This document shows positions 1-9,983 of a stretch of DNA of 64,000 nucleotides, one piece after another (the first letter of the stretch is position 1; every line of letters begins with the position of its first letter). The notes under the pieces are model-generated. The model did no database searches, was not told the DNA's origin, and saw only the letters and a program-made list of their open reading frames with translations. The position numbers and the translations under genes were made by a program. Source of the DNA: an uncultured delta proteobacterium (GTDB lineage Bacteria > Myxococcota_A > Polyangia > Polyangiales > Polyangiaceae). The DNA lies in assembly GCA_963716725.1 (NCBI GenBank), contig CAVQUB010000015.1, positions 256,001-320,000 on the forward strand, read 5' to 3'.

Positions 1-48
1 TAGACCCCGGGTCCTGCCCTGGCACGTGGCGTGCTACTCTGTTGGCAG

Positions 49-378
49 ATGCGACGGTTCACGCGCCGCGGCTGGATCATCGGCCTCACGCTGCTCGGTA
101 CGGCATGTCTGTCGCCGACGCTACCGCTGCCACCGCCGAGCCGGCCCGTGATCGAGGGGCCCGACCAAGAGGGCATGGTCACTCTCGAGGGCCACGTCGA
201 TGGCCAGGCTACGGTTTTTGCCGCCAACATGCGCACTGGCGAGATCCGCGGGCAGTTCACCGGTCACGACGGTCACTACCGCTTCGCGATCCCCGCTGAA
301 GTCGGCGACGAACTCGAGCTCTGGTATCAGACGGGCACGACGACCAGCCCGGGCATCGTGTTCAAGATCCCGAAGTGA
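49..378 (+). CDS. Small lipoprotein with a beta-sandwich (carboxypeptidase-regulatory-like/Ig-like) domain
   Basis: ATG at 49; basic N-terminus, hydrophobic stretch and lipobox LGTA-C; GC3-rich frame; 3' end overlaps convergent rimO. Confidence 0.6.
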   Translation: MRRFTRRGWIIGLTLLGTACLSPTLPLPPPSRPVIEGPDQEGMVTLEGHVDGQATVFAANMRTGEIRGQFTGHDGHYRFAIPAEVGDELELWYQTGTTTSPGIVFKIPK

Positions 379-1834
379 CCACCCGGAGCGATACCCGCCG
401 GCCGTCGCTGCCGTGGTGGGTCAAGCTCGCAGGCGACAGCCGTTTGGTTCGTCGCGCCGACACCGTCGGCTCCTCGTCCACGACCTCACCGAGCAGATCG
501 TAGTCGGTGGCGCGCTCGACGCGGACGCGACGCATCTCGCCGGGGCGCACCTCGGCGCCCGAGAGGTAGACCTGGCCGTCGATCTCGGGCGCCTGACCCG
601 CGTGGCGACCGACCATCACCAGCTCGCTCTCTTCGCTCGGACCTTCGACCAACACCACGAGCTCGCTGCCGACCAGGGCGCGCTGCTTCTCTCGGCTGAT
701 CTTGCGCTGAATTCCCATCAGCTTCTTGGCACGCGAGGCCCCAACGCGGGCGAGCACCTTGTCGGGGAGCGTGGTGCTCTTCGACGACGCTTCGTCCGAG
801 TAGCGGAACACGCCCATGTGATCGAAGCGCGCCCAGCGCACGAACTCGCACAGCTCCTCGAACTCGGCGTCGGTCTCGCCGGGGTGCCCGACGATGAAGG
901 CAGTGCGGAAAACCAGCCCGGGGACCCGGCCGCGCAGCCGAGTCACGAGGTCGCGCAGGCGCGCGCCGCCGTGGCCGCGACGCATGCGGCGCAACATGCC
1001 GTCCGCCGCGTGCTGGAGGGGCATGTCGACATAGGGAACCACACGCTCATGCTGAGCCAGCAGGTCGATCAGGTCGTCGCCGAGCTTCTCGGGGTAGAGG
1101 TAGAAGAGCCGCACCCAGCGGATCCCGGCCACGCTCGCGACTCGCTCGACCAGTTTTGCGAGGCTGCGCGCACCGCCCAGATCGCGGCCGTAGGACACCG
1201 TGTCTTGCGAGACCAGGTTCACCTCGAGCACGCCTGCGTCGGCGAGGCGCTTCACCTCCTCGACCACGTCCGCGACAGTGCGTGAGCGCTGAACGCCGCG
1301 CAGCTCGGGGATCACGCAGAACGAGCACTTGCGATCGCAGCCCTCGGCGATCTTCACGTAGGCGCTCGCGCCCCGCGTCGAGAGCGTGCGCGGGTCGCCG
1401 GCGTCGACCACCCAGTCGGCGGGATTGCCGACCAAGATCCGGTCGGCCTTGCCTGCGAGCACGCGTTCGAGCTGCAGCATGTCGCTGGAGCCCAGCAGGT
1501 GATCGACCTCGGGCAGCCCGTCGGCCAGCTCGTCGGGGTGACGCTGGCTCAGGCAGCCGGCCACCACGAGCTTCTTGCAGCTGCCGGTCTGCTTGTGGGC
1601 GGCCAGCTCCAAGATGGTGTCGATGCTCTCCTTCTTGGCCGGTTCGATGAACCCGCAGGTGTTCACCACGATCACGCTGGCGTCGGCGGCGTCGGGCACG
1701 TGGCGGTAGCCGGCGCGCTCGGCGACGCCCAGCATCACCTCGCTGTCGACGCGGTTCTTCGGACAGCCGAGGGAAACGAAATGGATGGTCTTTTTGGCCA
1801 AAGGCGTCGGGCTCTTAGCTCGCGGGTCGCTCAT
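362..1834 (-). CDS. rimO: Ribosomal protein S12 methylthiotransferase
   Basis: SLGCPKNRVDSE, VNTCGFI, radical SAM motif EGCDRKCSFC, C-terminal TRAM with APEIDG. Confidence 0.95.
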   Translation of the reverse strand: MSDPRAKSPTPLAKKTIHFVSLGCPKNRVDSEVMLGVAERAGYRHVPDAADASVIVVNTCGFIEPAKKESIDTILELAAHKQTGSCKKLVVAGCLSQRHPDELADGLPEVDHLLGSSDMLQLERVLAGKADRILVGNPADWVVDAGDPRTLSTRGASAYVKIAEGCDRKCSFCVIPELRGVQRSRTVADVVEEVKRLADAGVLEVNLVSQDTVSYGRDLGGARSLAKLVERVASVAGIRWVRLFYLYPEKLGDDLIDLLAQHERVVPYVDMPLQHAADGMLRRMRRGHGGARLRDLVTRLRGRVPGLVFRTAFIVGHPGETDAEFEELCEFVRWARFDHMGVFRYSDEASSKSTTLPDKVLARVGASRAKKLMGIQRKISREKQRALVGSELVVLVEGPSEESELVMVGRHAGQAPEIDGQVYLSGAEVRPGEMRRVRVERATDYDLLGEVVDEEPTVSARRTKRLSPASLTHHGSDGRRVSLRVVTSGS

Positions 1835-1937
1835 TGGCCAGGCTCGCCCTCGGATCGCCCCGCGAACCCGGCAAAAATGGGCTGCCTCGGGGGATCTTGA
1901 CCCCCGTCATTTTCCTACTCGGCGACTCGGCGTAATT

Positions 1938-1970
1938 CTGACTGACCGGCCAGACAGACCGAACGGTCAG
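1938..1970. promoter_or_regulatory. Putative TetR operator array (CTGACCG-N2-CGGTCAG-like palindromes)
   Basis: Perfect GACCG-AA-CGGTC at 1957-1968; degenerate overlapping copies CTGACTGACCGGCCAG (1938-1953) and CTGACCGGCCAGACAG (1942-1957), immediately before the GGAGG RBS of the tetR gene. Confidence 0.6.
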
Positions 1971-1981
1971 GGAGGAACAGA

Positions 1982-2656
1982 GTGGCGGAATCAGGGGAAA
2001 TCACGCTCGATCCCGCGAATGATCCCAAGACGCGTCGCCGCCGTCCGAGCCTCCCGGCCCGGGATGGAGACTCGGTCGATCGGATCCTGGGCGCGGCCGA
2101 GGCCTGCTTCCGGGAGGCCGGCTACACGGGCGTGTCCCTGCGCGAGATCGCGGAGAAGGCAGGCCTGTCGAAGAGCTCCGTGCTCTACCACTTCGAGTCG
2201 AAGGACCACGTCTTCGCCGAGCTGCAGCTGCGGGTGTATCGACGCCTGGCCAGCACGGTGACCGAGTCGGTGGAGCACGCCGGCGGCGCAGCGGCGGACC
2301 GCGCGCGCGTCGCCCTCGACTCACTCATCAGCGCCGTCCGTCAGGGCAACGATCTCACCGTGCACGCCATGCTCGGCGCGCGTGCGCTGACGAATCCCGA
2401 CGACGCGTTGCACGTGCGGCGCATGCGACGGGAGCTGCGCGCTCTCCTCCGGGGCACGTTGCAGGAGATCTTCGCAGTCGACGGCGAGCCCATGCCTCTC
2501 GAACTCGAAGCAGCAGGCGATCTGCTCTGGGCCGCGCTCACCGGTCTCGGTCTGCAGGCGGTGCTCGACGACTCCCCGGAGGAGCTCGAACGCGGCTTCG
2601 ACAGCCTGCGCACCGTCGTGGCGCTGGCCTTCTCGTCCAAGGAGCCTGCCCAATGA
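1982..2656 (+). CDS. TetR/AcrR family transcriptional regulator
   Basis: ILGAAEACFREAGYTGVSLREIAEKAGLSKSSVLYHFESKD helix-turn-helix; GGAGG RBS. Confidence 0.93.
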   Translation: MAESGEITLDPANDPKTRRRRPSLPARDGDSVDRILGAAEACFREAGYTGVSLREIAEKAGLSKSSVLYHFESKDHVFAELQLRVYRRLASTVTESVEHAGGAAADRARVALDSLISAVRQGNDLTVHAMLGARALTNPDDALHVRRMRRELRALLRGTLQEIFAVDGEPMPLELEAAGDLLWAALTGLGLQAVLDDSPEELERGFDSLRTVVALAFSSKEPAQ

Positions 2657-5600
2657 GCCTGCGGATCGCCGCGGCGGATTTGGGCAAGAGCTCCGCCAAG
2701 CTGATCACGGCCAGCTGCGAGGGGGGCGCTGTGGTCGTCGACTCGAGCGCGGTGATCGAGCACGAGGGCTCGCCCCTCGAGGTGTTCGCGGGCTGGTACC
2801 GCGACCAGGAGATCGGCGGTTTCGCGGCCCTGGGCGTCACCGGCTTGTTTGCAGACGAAATCACCGCGCCGGCGCTCTCGGGGTTGCCCGAAGACGCCTG
2901 CCTGGAGGCCGCGCTCGCCCTCGCCCCCGAGCTGGTCGGTCCGGTCAACCTGCTCAGCGTCGGCGCGCGGGGCTACGCGGTGCTCGTCCGCGACGCGCAG
3001 GGAAGGGTCCAGTACGTCGAGAACGACAAGTGCTCGTCCGGGACCGGCGAGACCATGGTCAAGACCGCCGCACGCTTCGGCATGAGCCTCGAGCAGGCGG
3101 ATCGGCTTGCGGCCGGAGTCACCGAATCCATCGCCATCACCGCTCGCTGCTCGGTCTTCGCCAAGAGCGAGATGACCCACTTCGGCAACCAGGGAGAGCC
3201 GGCGGACAAGCTCTTCCGCGGCTACTTCGACTCCATTGCGCGCTACGTCGCTGCGTTGCTCGGCCGGGTGCGGGTCGACGGTCCGATCTTCCTGATCGGC
3301 GGTGGCGGCAGGGTGACTACGTTGCGGCAGTGCCTCGCGGCCCACCTCGAAGCCGACGTTGGCGTGCTCGAACGCGGGTTGTTGCTCGAAGGTCTGGGCG
3401 CGCTGGCGATGGCCGGGGAGCACGCGCGTTCGGGTCAGGCACGGGCGCTGCCGCGGGACGCATCGAGCCTGATCCGGCCGAAAGCGCGCCGGGTTCGCGC
3501 CCTCGAGCCTGCGAAGAACCACGCGCACCGCGTCACACGCCTGAGCGCGCCCCCGGTTGACGCCGACGCGGCCTCGGGTCCGACGGTGCTCGGGCTCGAT
3601 CTCGGATCGACGGGCAGCAAAGCGGTGCTCACCTCGATCGAGACCGGCGAAATCGTGCTCGATCTCTACGACCGCACCCGGGGCAACCCCGTGGAGGCGG
3701 CGCAGCGCCTGGTGCGCACCCTGTGCGAGACGACGCGCCCGGACGTGCGGGCGGTCGGAGTCACGGGATCGGGTCGCGAGGCCGTGGCCACCGTCTTGCG
3801 TGCGGCGTTTGCAAACGCGCCGGAGCGCGTGGTCGTGCAAAACGAAATCGTCGCGCACGCCACGGCCGCGATCCGCGCCGACGATCGCGGCGGCAAGAGC
3901 CTGAGCATTGTCGAGATCGGCGGCCAAGACGCCAAATTCGTCCAGATCGCCGACGGCCAGATCGTCGAGAGCGACATGAACAAGGCGTGCAGTGCCGGGA
4001 CCGGCTCGTTCCTGGAGGAGCAGGCCGTGTTCTATGGCGTGCACGACATCGCGGAGTTCACGCGGCTGGCGTCGAGTTCCCTCGCGCCGCCCGAGCTCGG
4101 GCAGATGTGCACGGTGTTCGTTGCAGAGACCGCAGCAGAGGCCCACGCCGAGGGCTACTCGGTGGCCGATTTGTTCGCCGGCTTCCAGTACTCGGTGATC
4201 CACAACTATCTGAACCGCGTGATGGGGCAGCGCGCCTTTGGCGAGCGGGTGTTCTTTCAAGGCAAGCCGGCGAGCGGCGAGTCGCTGGCGTGGACGCTGG
4301 CCGCGGTCAGCGGGCGTGAGGTCGTCGTGCCGCCGAACCCCGGCGCGATGGGCGCCTGGGGCGTGGGCTTGTCGGCCATCGCGGAGCTCGGTGAGAGCTT
4401 GTCGGCTGCGGAGCGCCTCGATCTCGGCGGCATGCTCGACGCGCGCATGCTGAGCAAGACCGAGTTTCGCTGCGACGACAAACGCTGCGCGACGCTGTGC
4501 CGCATCGAGCGCGCCACGGTGGCGGTGGGCGGCGCGAAGCAAACGGTTTTTTCCGGAGGATCCTGCCCCAAATTCGAGGTGTCCCGGGCCGGACGCCAGA
4601 AGCTGCCGGCCGAGGCCCCGAGCGCCTTCGACGAGCGCGAGGCGCTGCTCGAACCCTACTTCGCCGGCGCATCGGGCCCGCGGGTGGTCGACGTGCCCCA
4701 CGTGGGCTCCCTGGCGGGTTGGCTGCCCTGGGTGGTGACGCTGCTCCAAGAGTTGGGCCTCGGGGTGCGCGTACTCCGAAGCGACGCGAGCACGCTGTCG
4801 CGGGGCGAAGAGCTGTGCAGCGCCTACGACTCCTGCGCGCCGATGAAGGTCGCGCACGGGGTCGGCGCGGTTGCGGGGGAGACGCTGTTCTTCCCGCGGC
4901 TGCTCGACTTGCCGGACCGCGACGGTGGCACTGGCAAGACCTGCTCCACCGAGCAGGGCATGTCGGTGGTGCTCGAGCAAGTGATCGCCAGTCGCGAGCT
5001 CGACACCCGCGTGATCGATCCCGTGATCTCGTTCGAGCAGGGGCTCACGTCGCCGGCGGTGCTCTTCTCGCTGGTCGGTGCCGCACGCGAGCTCGGGGTG
5101 GATCCCGCGCTCTTGCCCGGGGCGCTGCACCGCGCCGCCGCCGCACAGCAGAACTTCCAGCGCGAGCTTACGGCCATCGGCCGGCGCACGCTGAGCTACG
5201 GACGGGCCCGCGAGATCCCCATCGTGGTGGTCTGCGGATCCGAGCACGTGATCTTCGATCGCTGCGTGAACGCCGGGATCCCTGGTATTTTGCGCCAAAA
5301 TGGGGTGCTGGCGCTGCCCATGGATTGCCACCCGGTGCCCGGTCACGTCGACGCCGTCTCCAGTGTTGCGTGGACCGACGCGCGACGCGCGATCCGCGTC
5401 GCCCTCGCGGCGCGCGAGACCGGTGACGTGTTCCCCTTGTGGCTGTCGTCCTTCGGCTGCGGGCCGTCGTCCTTCGTCGAGCAGGTCTTCGATCACCTGA
5501 TGCACGGCTACCCGCACACCTGCCTGGAGAGCGATGGGCACGGCGGCACCGCCGGATTTGTCACGCGCATCCAGGCCTTCTTGCACGGCGTGCGGCAGTT

Positions 5601-6894
5601 CGGGCGTCGCCCAGCGCCGACCTCGAAGCGGCGGCTGCGCGTGATCGAGCCCGTCGCGCGCCGCCCGCTGGCCGACGACCGGGACGCCCGGCTGGTGGTG
5701 CTCTCGGCGGGAGGGCGCCTGTCCGAGATCGGCGCCGCGGCCTACCGCGCCTTCGGCTACGACGCGGTCGCCTCGGGTCCCAACACCCAGGCCACCCTTG
5801 CCGCGGGGCGCAGCGACTGCTCAGGCAAGGAGTGCCTGCCTTATCAGCTCGTATGGGGCGCGTTCAAGCAGGAGCTCGACCGGACGCCCCCCGATACCAA
5901 CGCGGTGCTGGTGCAGGTCGGTGGCCAAGGCGCCTGCCGCAACTGCATGTTCACCGTGAAAGACAAGATCTCGGTCGAACACTTGGGCGTGGCGGATCGG
6001 GTCGGCTTCCGCCTCTTCGGCGCCGAAGACGACGTGCGATCGGCGTTTCAGACCCGATTTTGGGCGGGCACCATCGCCCACGACGTCTTGAAACAGCTCT
6101 GGGCCTACCACCTGGTGCTCGATCCGGGCCGCGAAGAGATCACCGCGCTCCACCGTCGCTACGGTGACGAGCTGATCGCGCTGCTCGAGCGTCCGACGCC
6201 CGGCAGACTCGACGCGCTCGCGGCTTGGAAGGAGCTGCTCTCACTGCTCGAGCGCGCCGCCCGAGACTACGCGCGCTTCGAGGCGCGGGCGACCGGCGAG
6301 CTTCGCACGGTGCTCTTGACCGGCGACATCTATCTGCGCACCGATGACTTTGCGAACGACGGCATCGTCGCGGCGCTGGCGGATCGAGGTCTGCGGGTCG
6401 TGGGCGAGCCGGTCGGCGTGATGGTCGAGTACCTGAGCCACGAGAACTCCGACGAGCTCATCGGCATGAGACGCGGCCTCTTCGAGCACGTCACGTCGAG
6501 CTCGCTGGGCCTCGCCATGCGACGCGCCGCCTACGCCCGCGTCGAGCCCCGGCATCCCTGGATTGTGCGCGGCGAGATCCCCGACATGCTCGAGCGCGCC
6601 CGTCCCATCATCGACGGCACACCCTTTGGCGAAGCGCCCATCACCGTGGGCAGCGTGCTCGAGAGCTGGCACGAGGGGCGCTGCGACGGCGTGGTGCTGG
6701 TCAGTCCCTGGGGCTGCGGTCCCGGGCTGCTCGCCGAGAGCCTGCTCCGGCCCATGCGCGAGATCCCCATGCTGTTCTCGTACAGCGACGGATCGCCGAT
6801 GGACGCGCGCCGGCTCAATGCGTTTGCGCATCGCCTCAAGCGGCGTTCCGCGCGGACCCAAATCCGCCCGCGAGCGGGGGAGGCGGCCGAGTGA
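2653..6894 (+). CDS. Four-domain acyl-CoA dehydratase activase/reductase fusion (2x BadF/BadG/BcrA/BcrD ATPase + 2 Fe-S reductase/dehydratase domains); PlsA/Ger-like architecture
   Basis: DLGKSSAK..NDKCSSGTG..RCSVFAKSEM; LDLGSTGSK..EIGGQDAK..MNKACSAGTGSFLEEQ..CTVF; SCAPMKVAHG..SSFGCGPSS; KECLPYQ..GACRNC..PWGCGPG; 1413 aa. Confidence 0.88.
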   Translation: MSLRIAAADLGKSSAKLITASCEGGAVVVDSSAVIEHEGSPLEVFAGWYRDQEIGGFAALGVTGLFADEITAPALSGLPEDACLEAALALAPELVGPVNLLSVGARGYAVLVRDAQGRVQYVENDKCSSGTGETMVKTAARFGMSLEQADRLAAGVTESIAITARCSVFAKSEMTHFGNQGEPADKLFRGYFDSIARYVAALLGRVRVDGPIFLIGGGGRVTTLRQCLAAHLEADVGVLERGLLLEGLGALAMAGEHARSGQARALPRDASSLIRPKARRVRALEPAKNHAHRVTRLSAPPVDADAASGPTVLGLDLGSTGSKAVLTSIETGEIVLDLYDRTRGNPVEAAQRLVRTLCETTRPDVRAVGVTGSGREAVATVLRAAFANAPERVVVQNEIVAHATAAIRADDRGGKSLSIVEIGGQDAKFVQIADGQIVESDMNKACSAGTGSFLEEQAVFYGVHDIAEFTRLASSSLAPPELGQMCTVFVAETAAEAHAEGYSVADLFAGFQYSVIHNYLNRVMGQRAFGERVFFQGKPASGESLAWTLAAVSGREVVVPPNPGAMGAWGVGLSAIAELGESLSAAERLDLGGMLDARMLSKTEFRCDDKRCATLCRIERATVAVGGAKQTVFSGGSCPKFEVSRAGRQKLPAEAPSAFDEREALLEPYFAGASGPRVVDVPHVGSLAGWLPWVVTLLQELGLGVRVLRSDASTLSRGEELCSAYDSCAPMKVAHGVGAVAGETLFFPRLLDLPDRDGGTGKTCSTEQGMSVVLEQVIASRELDTRVIDPVISFEQGLTSPAVLFSLVGAARELGVDPALLPGALHRAAAAQQNFQRELTAIGRRTLSYGRAREIPIVVVCGSEHVIFDRCVNAGIPGILRQNGVLALPMDCHPVPGHVDAVSSVAWTDARRAIRVALAARETGDVFPLWLSSFGCGPSSFVEQVFDHLMHGYPHTCLESDGHGGTAGFVTRIQAFLHGVRQFGRRPAPTSKRRLRVIEPVARRPLADDRDARLVVLSAGGRLSEIGAAAYRAFGYDAVASGPNTQATLAAGRSDCSGKECLPYQLVWGAFKQELDRTPPDTNAVLVQVGGQGACRNCMFTVKDKISVEHLGVADRVGFRLFGAEDDVRSAFQTRFWAGTIAHDVLKQLWAYHLVLDPGREEITALHRRYGDELIALLERPTPGRLDALAAWKELLSLLERAARDYARFEARATGELRTVLLTGDIYLRTDDFANDGIVAALADRGLRVVGEPVGVMVEYLSHENSDELIGMRRGLFEHVTSSSLGLAMRRAAYARVEPRHPWIVRGEIPDMLERARPIIDGTPFGEAPITVGSVLESWHEGRCDGVVLVSPWGCGPGLLAESLLRPMREIPMLFSYSDGSPMDARRLNAFAHRLKRRSARTQIRPRAGEAAE

Positions 6895-8288
6895 GCCAGG
6901 ACGTGTTTGTGCTGGGGGTGGGCATGCTGCGCTTCGGACGCATGCTCGATCGCGGGATCAAGGATCTCGCCCGCGAGGCCCTCGACGCCGCCGTCGCGGA
7001 CGCGAAGATCGAGCCGCGACGCATCGAGGCCGTGTGGTTCTCCAACAGCGGCTGGGGGCTGAACGGCGGGCAGGACTGCATCCGGGGTCAGGTCGCGCTG
7101 GGATCGACCGCGCTCCGGGGCGCGAGCATGATCAACGTCGAGAACGCCTGCGCCGGCGGCGCCAGCGCGCTGCACGGTGCGTTCCTGAGCGTGGCGAGCG
7201 GGGCCTCCGACGTCGCGCTCGCCATTGGCGTCGAGAAGCTCTGTCAGAAGAGTCGGCTCCGGACCTTCGCCAGCTTCCTGGGCGGCATGGAGGTGGCCGC
7301 GCTGCCGGAGCTGATGGAGCGGGCTCGGGAGCTGGCCGCCGATGCGCCAGCTGCGCCCAGCCCCGCGCGTGGCGGCGGCAAGAAGCGACGACAGCGTGCC
7401 AGCTTCGGAGCGCTCTCGCGCACGGCGCTGGACGCAATTGTGATCGCGGATCACTTCCAGCTCGACGTCTTGGATCTGATCCGTCGCGCTGCCGTCGATC
7501 GGGCTCGCAGCCTCGGAAAACCCTCGAACCGCGGAGAAAAGAGCCCGTTCATGGACGTCTACGCGATCGGGGCGCGGCGTCACATGGATCGCTACGGCAG
7601 CACGGCGCGGCAGCTGGCGGTGATCGCCGCCAAGAACCACGCCCACGGCGCGCTCAACCCGCTCGCGCAGATCCAGACCGAGATGAGCGTCGACGACGTG
7701 CTCGGCGATCGCTCGGTCGCGCCACCGCTCACCCGCGCGATGTGCGCGCCGCTGGGCGACGGCGCCGCGGCGGCCATCGTCTGCTCCGAGAGCTTCGCGC
7801 GGGAACACGGCCTGACGCGAGCGGTGCGGATCCGAGCCAGCGTGATCGCGTCGGGAGCGAAGGGCGCGGGCAGCAACGCTCCGGGCATCACCGAGCGCGC
7901 GAGCGCTCGCGCCTACGAGCGCGCCGGCCTCGGACCCGACGCCATCGGCGTTGCCGAGGTGCACGACGCCACGGCCTTCGGCGAGCTGCACCAGAGTGAG
8001 GCCCTCGGTCTTTGTCCCGAAGGGCAGGGCGGCGCCTTCGCGGAGTCCGGCGCCACGAAGCTCGGCGGCGCTCTCCCGCTCAACCCTAGCGGTGGCCTCG
8101 AATGCCGCGGGCATCCCATCGGCGCGTCCGGGTTGGCGCAGATCCACGAGCTGGTCACCCAGCTGCGCGGCGAGGCGGGCCGCCGACAAGTCACGGGGGC
8201 ACGCATCGCGCTGGCGCAGAACGGCGGCGGATTTCTCGGGGAAGAAGAGGCTGCGATGGCCATTCACATCTTGGAGGGACCGAAGTGA
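6891..8288 (+). CDS. SCP2/lipid-transfer-type thiolase family protein
   Basis: NVENACAGG, EVHDA, GHPIGASGLAQIHE, AQNGGG motifs; long internal insert. Confidence 0.88.
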   Translation: MSQDVFVLGVGMLRFGRMLDRGIKDLAREALDAAVADAKIEPRRIEAVWFSNSGWGLNGGQDCIRGQVALGSTALRGASMINVENACAGGASALHGAFLSVASGASDVALAIGVEKLCQKSRLRTFASFLGGMEVAALPELMERARELAADAPAAPSPARGGGKKRRQRASFGALSRTALDAIVIADHFQLDVLDLIRRAAVDRARSLGKPSNRGEKSPFMDVYAIGARRHMDRYGSTARQLAVIAAKNHAHGALNPLAQIQTEMSVDDVLGDRSVAPPLTRAMCAPLGDGAAAAIVCSESFAREHGLTRAVRIRASVIASGAKGAGSNAPGITERASARAYERAGLGPDAIGVAEVHDATAFGELHQSEALGLCPEGQGGAFAESGATKLGGALPLNPSGGLECRGHPIGASGLAQIHELVTQLRGEAGRRQVTGARIALAQNGGGFLGEEEAAMAIHILEGPK

Positions 8289-9983
8289 CCACGAGCATCG
8301 ACTCGAAGCGCCGCTGGGCGGCGGGCAAGCAGATTGGGCGTGCGCTCTTGCGCACGCTGAGATGCCGAATCGCAGCTGGCACCCTCGGCGCCACGCTGTC
8401 GGCGAGCTTTCGCGCGCGCACGCTGGCCTTCGTCGAGGAGCCGACCTTCGCCGAGCTCTTGGCCGAGCGCGCCCGGCAGCAGCCCAGCCACGAGTTTCTG
8501 CGATTCGAGGATCAGCGGCTGACGCTGGGCGAGCTCGACGCGCGCGTGAACGCGGTGTGTGCGGGCCTCGGTGCGCTCGCCCGTCCGGGCGACAACGTGG
8601 CCATCATGAGCCCCAACTGCCCGGCCTTCCTCGAAGCCTTCTTCGCGGTGCAGCGTCTCGGGCTCGGCACCGTGCCAGTGAACACGGCGCTGGTGGGCGA
8701 CGGGCTGGCTCACGTGCTCACCAGCTCGAAGGCTCGAGTGATCTTCGTGCATCGGGAGCTGCTGCCCCAGCTCGAACAGGTGCGCAGTCGGTTGCCCGAT
8801 CTCGAGCATGTCGTGCTCATCACCGAGGGAGACGAGGTCGACGGTTCGCTGGAGGCCATGCGCCGCGATCACCGCGGGGCCGCGCCGCCGAGCCAAAGGC
8901 CTGATCCCGACGCGGTGGCGCTGCTCATGTACACCTCGGGCACGACGGGCTCCGCCAAGGGCGTGGTCTATCGCTACCGCGACTCGAACACCAAGCGGCT
9001 GCGTCTGCTCTCGCACCTGCTCTACGAGCCCGGCGAAGTGCTCTACACCTGCCTGCCGCTGTTCCACGCCAACGCGCTGTTGCTCACGACCGTCATGGCC
9101 CTCGACATGGGCGCGAGCATCGGCCTCGGTCGTCGCTTCAGCGCGAGCCGCTTCTGGCAAGAGATGAGCGAGCTGGGCGGCACGAGCTTCAACGCGCTGG
9201 GCGCCATGATCCCCATCCTGCTCAAGCAGCCGGCGGGCGAGTTCGATCGCAACCACCGCGTGCGCTTGGTGGTCAGCGCGGCCTGTCCCACCGAGGTCTG
9301 GCGCCCCTTCGAAGAACGCTTCGGCCTGCGCCTCGTCGAGGCCTACGGCGCCGTCGATGGCGGCGGCTTCATCACCATGAACCTCGGCAACGCGCCGGTC
9401 AGGATCGATCGGCAAGCCGCTGGGCGGCAAGTACCGCCTGGTGACCGAGGCCGGCGACGAGCCCCGGCCGGGAACGCCGGGGGAGCTCTGGATTTGGACC
9501 GGCAAGCGCCGCGAGCGCTCGGTCGAGTATTACCGAGACGACAAGGCGACCGGGGACAAACACAAGGACGGCTGGATCTGCACCGGCGATCTCTTGCGCC
9601 GAGACGAACAGGGCAATCTCTACTTCGTCGGGCGCCGCGGCGACTCGATGCGGCGCCGCGGGGAGAACGTCTCGGCCCACGAGGTGGAGAGCGTGATCGC
9701 CGAGCACCCCGACGTGCTCGAGTGCGCGGTGTTCGGCGTGCCCAGTGATTTGGGCGAAGACGACATCATGGCGGTGGTGGTGCCCATCGAAGGCCGCGCG
9801 GTCGATCCCGCTGAGGTCCGGCGCTTCATCGAGCCGCGGCTCGCGCGCCACGCCTGGCCCCGCTACCTCGAGATCACGGCCGAGCTGCCCAAGACCGGCA
9901 CCCACCGCGTACAGAAGAGCGATCTCAAACGGCGGGGCCCGGGTCCCGCGACCTGGGACGCGGATCGGGGAGGGGGGGCGTGA
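8285..9983 (+). CDS. ATP-dependent acyl-CoA ligase (CaiC/FadD-like), +1 frameshift at ~9401
   Basis: MYTSGTTGSAKGV, LPLFHANA, EAYG, TGD, RRRGENVS, LPKTGT; removing the A at 9401 joins ORF 8102-9748 to 9441-9983 as VGSIGKP. Confidence 0.88.

Noticed and set aside
2341..5586. 1081-aa antisense ORF, and similar ones such as 54655-58284, 37849-40044 and 15612-17393
   Set aside because: Shadow ORFs opposite well-supported genes, expected at ~70% GC; no recognisable motifs
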